From the human T2T-CHM13v2.0 reference genome, Homo sapiens: 64,000 nucleotides of DNA. The stretch is from assembly GCF_009914755.1 (NCBI RefSeq), contig NC_060926.1, one strand, 5' to 3'. Position numbers and translations under genes: made by a program. The notes beneath the pieces were generated by a model, which had not been told where the DNA came from, searched no databases, and was given only the letters and a program-made list of their open reading frames with translations. Shown here piece by piece: positions 58,983 through 64,000 of the stretch; within the stretch, counting starts at the first letter, position 1; each line of letters opens with the position of its first letter.

Positions 58983-61732
58983 GTGGGTCACACTTGCAGA
59001 GCTCTGGGGTCTATTTTGAGCTATTCTGGGATGAAACTGTGAAAATCACTCTGTAAAGTGGTATAAAGGCCTGAATGTCTTTTTGTTAAGTGTTTGGATT
59101 TCATTAGTAGTTCAACACTCTGCCACCATCCCCCCAGAGGACATAGTCAAACTTGTTTCTTAAGTTTTAAAAAAGCAAAGATCTAGTATTATTAATAGTT
59201 GAAAGTTGAGAATAGAATCATTTCTATATGTGAATTGGAGTGGTTTCTTTGTTTGTGTTCAGCCAATTTAATGGAAGACTTTTAGGAAACTTAGGATTTA
59301 ACATGGGTCACTTCACTCAATGAACTTTTGAGTGCCTATTGTGTACCTTGCACTGTGACTAGATGAGTTAAGAAATACAGTGTTTACCCTCAGTTACAGT
59401 TGATTGAGGTTGTGGGAGGAGATATGTAAGGAACTGTCATGAGTTCTCTTATGGAGGCAGGGTCAAAAAGACTGACTCTGCTGAGTAGGTCATGAAAGGT
59501 TTCTCAGAAGAGTCACTATTTCAGATGAGTAGGCATTTGCTATCTGAAGAATATTTTAGGGTTAGATACAGGTCTGTATTTCGAACATACAGGATTCAGG
59601 GAATGGTGACATTTGGCTTATTAGCTTAAAAACTAGGAATGAAGAAAGGACTTTTATTTTTGAAAGCAAAGGCAAGTCCACGTATATGTTAAAACCCCAA
59701 GTGGGTAGCCCCATGGGCTACAGGGCTTCCTTTCCTACTGCTGATACTCTGAACTATCCCCAGGCGCAGACTTCCCTCTTTATTTAACCTGTGGTGGCCT
59801 CCACCTTGCCAATCCATATCCCCTACTCAGTCCTGCTTCTGTACTGTTTAGGCCAGTGTGAGTTTGATTTTTCTCTGAAACACCTGTGTATTATTTTTAA
59901 ACATAAACACTCCACAAACACCTATGCCACTTTCATCCTTTTTTGCTAGCAGATTTAAGTGACAATAAAAGGGAGCCTTTTGTTTCCTGCTTATTTTACC
60001 CATCTTTTCTAAATGAAAAACATCTTTAGTGAACCTCTTAAGAGCTATATGTTTTCCTTGGAGACTAAAATGATACAGAAAATCTGCAAGTTCTATACTG
60101 CCATGTGACAAGAAACAGAGGAGTTGCTTTAAAACAAATAGTTGGTACAGTGGATAAAGAGAAGCCAGTTGGCTCTTGGGGCACATGTCAAACCAAAAGG
60201 TAGAGAAGGGAATTGGCTTAAGGTGTGTGTGCACAGCAGGAAATACCAGCCTCCGCAGCAGTAATTTTCCATCTGACCTCTAGCTGCCTTCAGAGTCATC
60301 TTTCCCTGTCCTGCTGCAGTGTCTTTGCAGAGGCATGCACGGGAGGACATTCCAAATAGGAACTACGGAAGTTTTTCCCCATGGAAACATACTACTCCTT
60401 CTTGGTAAAGTTCTATATAGTTCCTCTAACACTGCACTTCAGCAAAACTGTGATTCATTAGACTATTTTGGGCTAACCTGGGTACCTGCAAATCTTACAT
60501 GACATTGTTTTAACCAGAAAATAGACAGTAATTTAAATAGTCAACTTACATATACACCCATATGTAGAAATCAGATAATACATTTAAGGAAATATGTAGT
60601 TATTCTAAAATAGATATGGTTGCCTTTACTTTTTGTATAGGGATGAGTTAGGGGCTCTTGAGAGTCCCCAGAGCATTGGAAGCATACTAATATGTGCCTG
60701 GGCACCTACACCTACACCTCAGAGTTCCAGAAGGAGAGGGTGGATTCTGGAGCATGCCCTTGTGGTACATACCTTTAACAGTAAAGAGAAGATAAGCTCA
60801 AGTGAACCTTGGCCTTCTCTTGGTAGCTATGTTCAGCCTAGTATAGTAAGGACAACCAGAAAGAAGAATTTTGGTATGAAATGCCTTTCTTCAATACAAT
60901 CTATAGTGTATGAGTGAATATTATTTTCTTTTGAAGTTTATGCTCTTTACTCTGGGCCTCTGGTTTCCTAGGATGTTTTCATGTGGGTATGATGTTAACT
61001 GATTAAGATCTAGATCTTTGTACATGAATCCTGAGTCACCCAGTATCATGAAATAATCTTGACCCACTGCTTTTGCCATGGACCGTATCATAACCCTTTT
61101 ACATTTGTGTTGTTGACAGTCAGTGAAGGATCTTCTAGGGGATATGCCCTTAGGGGTATATCCTAAGATGGTAGGGATGGTCATGCTGGTAGCCCTTGAG
61201 CTCAGTGAGGAGAAACTGGTAGTTTTACTCTTCACATTTAAGACAGAACATTCTCATCATGGTAGTTTTCATGCCCATCCTTAGGACTCTACTAGTACAT
61301 CACTGGAACACTTGTAGAAAGACCTCTGTGCCTTACCACAAACACTGGGAAGCCTCGTCTTTTTTTCCAAGCTTGAAGTTAGAATCACTGAAAGGTTTTT
61401 GGCATACATCATCATTAATTCTATAGAACTATCCACTGAGTAAAACTTTAATCAGTTTGGTTCCAGAAGCCTGAAAAACAGTAGTTTGAATTCCAACTCG
61501 TTAACAGCACAAAACCAATTAATTTGATGGTAATTTGTTATATAAAGTACAAGAATTTGATGGCAGAATAGAACAGTTTTGAGGTTAGCTGACATTTATT
61601 GCAGAACCAGTATTGATTTATTGAGGAAAAGAAGAACAGAACTTTTCCATCACTGTGTTATTCTGATCATGTGGTGTATTATTTAATTTTTACTTTTCTT
61701 AGTATTGAGTAGTTATTATACTGTAATATGAA

Positions 61733-61918
61733 ACTAAGCTGTGTAACACATAATGTGTTTAAGGAAATGATTTTCTCTTTACATCGAGTTTTTATATCCA
61801 AATTCATTGAATGAAAGTGTTTTCATTACTAAGTTATATAACACATAATGTGTTTAAGAAATGATTTTCTCTTTACATCGAGTTTTTATATCCAAATTCA
61901 TTAAATGAAAATGTTTTC
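61733..61918. repeat. Tandem duplication, about 95-bp unit, 2 copies
   Basis: actaag...taacacataatgtgtttaag...acatcgagtttttatatccaaattcatt...gttttc starts at 61733 and again at 61828. Confidence 0.93.
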
Positions 61919-62124
61919 TTTTTCTATAAAGCTGAGAAAATAAAAATAAAATGCTTTTGATACTTTAACATCTGACCTATTTTAAAGGTGACATCCAAAT
62001 TCATTTTACATATTAGATTGTAAAGATTAGATAGGCTTTTTTTGAAAATACAATTTTGCAAACAGGCTTATCAGTAACTGTTGATTTTCATTTGATTCTG
62101 CTGAATTTTTTTGTCTTATTTTAG

Positions 62125-62352
62125 GCAGCTAATCCAGGTTGCTCCCTGGAAGATTTTGTGAGGTGGTATTCACCCCGGGATTATATTGAAGAGGAGGTGA
62201 TTGATGAAAAGGGCAATGTGGTGCTGAAAGGAGAACTGAGTGCCCGGATGAAGATTCCAAGCAATATGTGGGTAGAAGCCTGGGAAACAGCTAAGCCAAT
62301 TCCTGCTAGAAGGCAAAGGAGACTCTTTGATGATACACGGGAAGCAGAAAAG
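62125..62352 (+). CDS. RAB3GAP1: RAB3GAP1 exon 19 (228 bp), AANPGCSLEDFVRWYSPRD...FDDTREAEK, includes catalytic Arg728 (CGG 62245-62247)
   Basis: tattttag acceptor, AAG|gtaatt donor; residue number obtained by counting codons from cumulative exon lengths. Confidence 0.96.
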
Positions 62353-62549
62353 GTAATTGAGGTTTGAGTCTCTAATACTAGAATGCAAATTACTGTTCTT
62401 ATGATTTAGGAACTCACTGTCATAGACGTGAGAGTTTTGGACACACTTGAGGTGCAAAGCATTGAAATTCAATGAGCGTTTTATATATCTACTATTCACA
62501 TTTAAGATTCTAGAACTAGTTGCAAATAGGGCAAATAATAGGCATGCAT

Positions 62550-64000
62550 AGTTTAAACAGACTGCTTACCATTGAACTGTCTCACAGTATATGTTAAAAG
62601 TGTTAAAAATGGGTATGTCCTTTGAGCTAGCAGTTCTATCACCAAAACATTTTTTAAGGAAATAATGAGAAATATACAAAGATCTATGTATATAAATGAT
62701 GTTCAACAAAGTTCTTAAGTGAAAAAGTAGAAACAACCAAAGTTTCCAACAACAGGGACTTGGTTCAATAAATTATGGTATATCCATTAGTGGCCAGCTT
62801 TACAGCAGCTATTAAAAAACATTTGGAGTTATGGAGAATATAGTGGCACCTGCCTGATATTTAATTGCCCTGCACACCTTCCTACCTCCTCCACCCCCCC
62901 AAGAAAATCCCGTGAAATCAATAAGTAAATAAATCCATGCATTCAGCATTACTAAGAGATAGAAATTGCAATGACCTTCAAATTAACAGTAAATAGAGAA
63001 ATAAGCCAAATTCCAGTGGAGCTCCCACTGCTCTCAGTCTTTGCAGATATATTGAGTAGGGGGCAGGAAAAGAAAAAGAGCCAAGAGATACAGAAGACTT
63101 AGATGAAACACAAAGTCACCCCAGAAAGAGAGAGCCTAACACTACATGCCAAAACACTGAACACAGGTAGGGTTTGCTAGTTCACAGCACTTGCCACAGG
63201 GAAGGGACTTGAATGTAAACAGGGCTAGAAATGGAGCCTTGGAGAAAATCAGATATACAAAGAAGGAGTGGATGGGAATGATGAGAAAAAGGAAATAAGA
63301 GGGGAAAATTAAGGATCTTGCGGAAATGAAAGAAAAACAAGACAACCAGCCTCCCTCATCTCCCTCTATCCATTAAAGAAACTTCAGAAGAGGGCACTTT
63401 GAAGCTATTTGTGATATTACTAGGAATAGAAGAGAACAGACCACATCCATATAAAACTACTTTACAAAACAGAAAATGCAAATCAGCTCATTTCAGGTAA
63501 TGAAAATATTTCCCAGAAAATCAGTCACAAAGCAGAAGAAAATTGTAACATAACATTCCAAACTGAATCAGATATCCTCAAACAGTTAAGGAGGATATGA
63601 AAAAACCATGTTTAATCAGAAATACTAAAATCAAGAACAGAGATGGACCAAAAAACCCCACAAAGAAATGAAACCACAACTGATTTAGCTCAGGATAGAA
63701 GTAAAAGAAAAAAGAAAACCATATAAAAAATGAAGACTAAATTACAAGAGGCCCAAGTTTAAATTTTATAAAGGGCATTGAAGAAAAGTGGGAAAAGAGC
63801 CCAGAAAATGAAAATGAGATATAGGAGTAAAAGGAATTGAAGAGAAAGTAGTATAAATGAAAGATAAGAAAAGTCAGAATATGCAATTCATTAGTTTCCT
63901 TTAAGGAGAAAAATCAGAATACTAAGACAGAACTAATACAGTCCCTATGGCTTAACAAAGAGGATACGTTTTGAGAAGCTCCTCATTAGGCAATTTTGTT
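62550..64000 (+). mobile_element. Old L1 fragments, sense
   Basis: A-rich degraded L1 3'-end and ORF1-like motifs. Confidence 0.5.

Noticed and set aside
60100-60400. Non-repetitive, slightly GC-richer patch in intron 18 as a candidate enhancer
   Set aside because: No diagnostic motif; it cannot be supported without conservation or chromatin data

Overview
Eukaryotic, hominoid (very probably human chr2q21.3) genomic DNA. The whole window lies inside RAB3GAP1 (catalytic subunit of Rab3GAP / Rab18 GEF, the Warburg Micro syndrome gene) on the + strand. I traced 15 internal coding exons by hand (exons 5-19, c.284-c.2289). All have AG/GT boundaries and the frame is continuous across every junction; they include the FFAT motif and the catalytic Arg728. 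The introns hold about 30 Alus, old L1/L2/MIR fragments, MER21/MER52/MER57/MLT1 LTRs, MER44/MER82/MER58/MER3 DNA-transposon relics and one full-length sense SVA with a 15-bp TSD. Less expected items: (1) a ~156-bp non-Alu inverted repeat pair bracketing exon 5; (2) a SNORA40 retroposon that starts at the snoRNA 5' end and carries ~900 nt of downstream sequence to an A-rich tail and TSD; (3) a 58-bp templated copy of the exon 16 splice donor inside intron 17; (4) a 1.15-kb antisense UTR-like processed retrocopy with a 20-bp TSD; (5) a ~450-bp patterned TTC/TGC repeat grown from an Alu tail; (6) a tail-to-tail Alu pair with a 12-nt spacer; (7) several fold-back or template-switch scars. None of this demonstrates a new biological system: the structures are seen in the sequence, their functions are inference. 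Repeat family names come from recalled consensus sequences and repeat boundaries are approximate.
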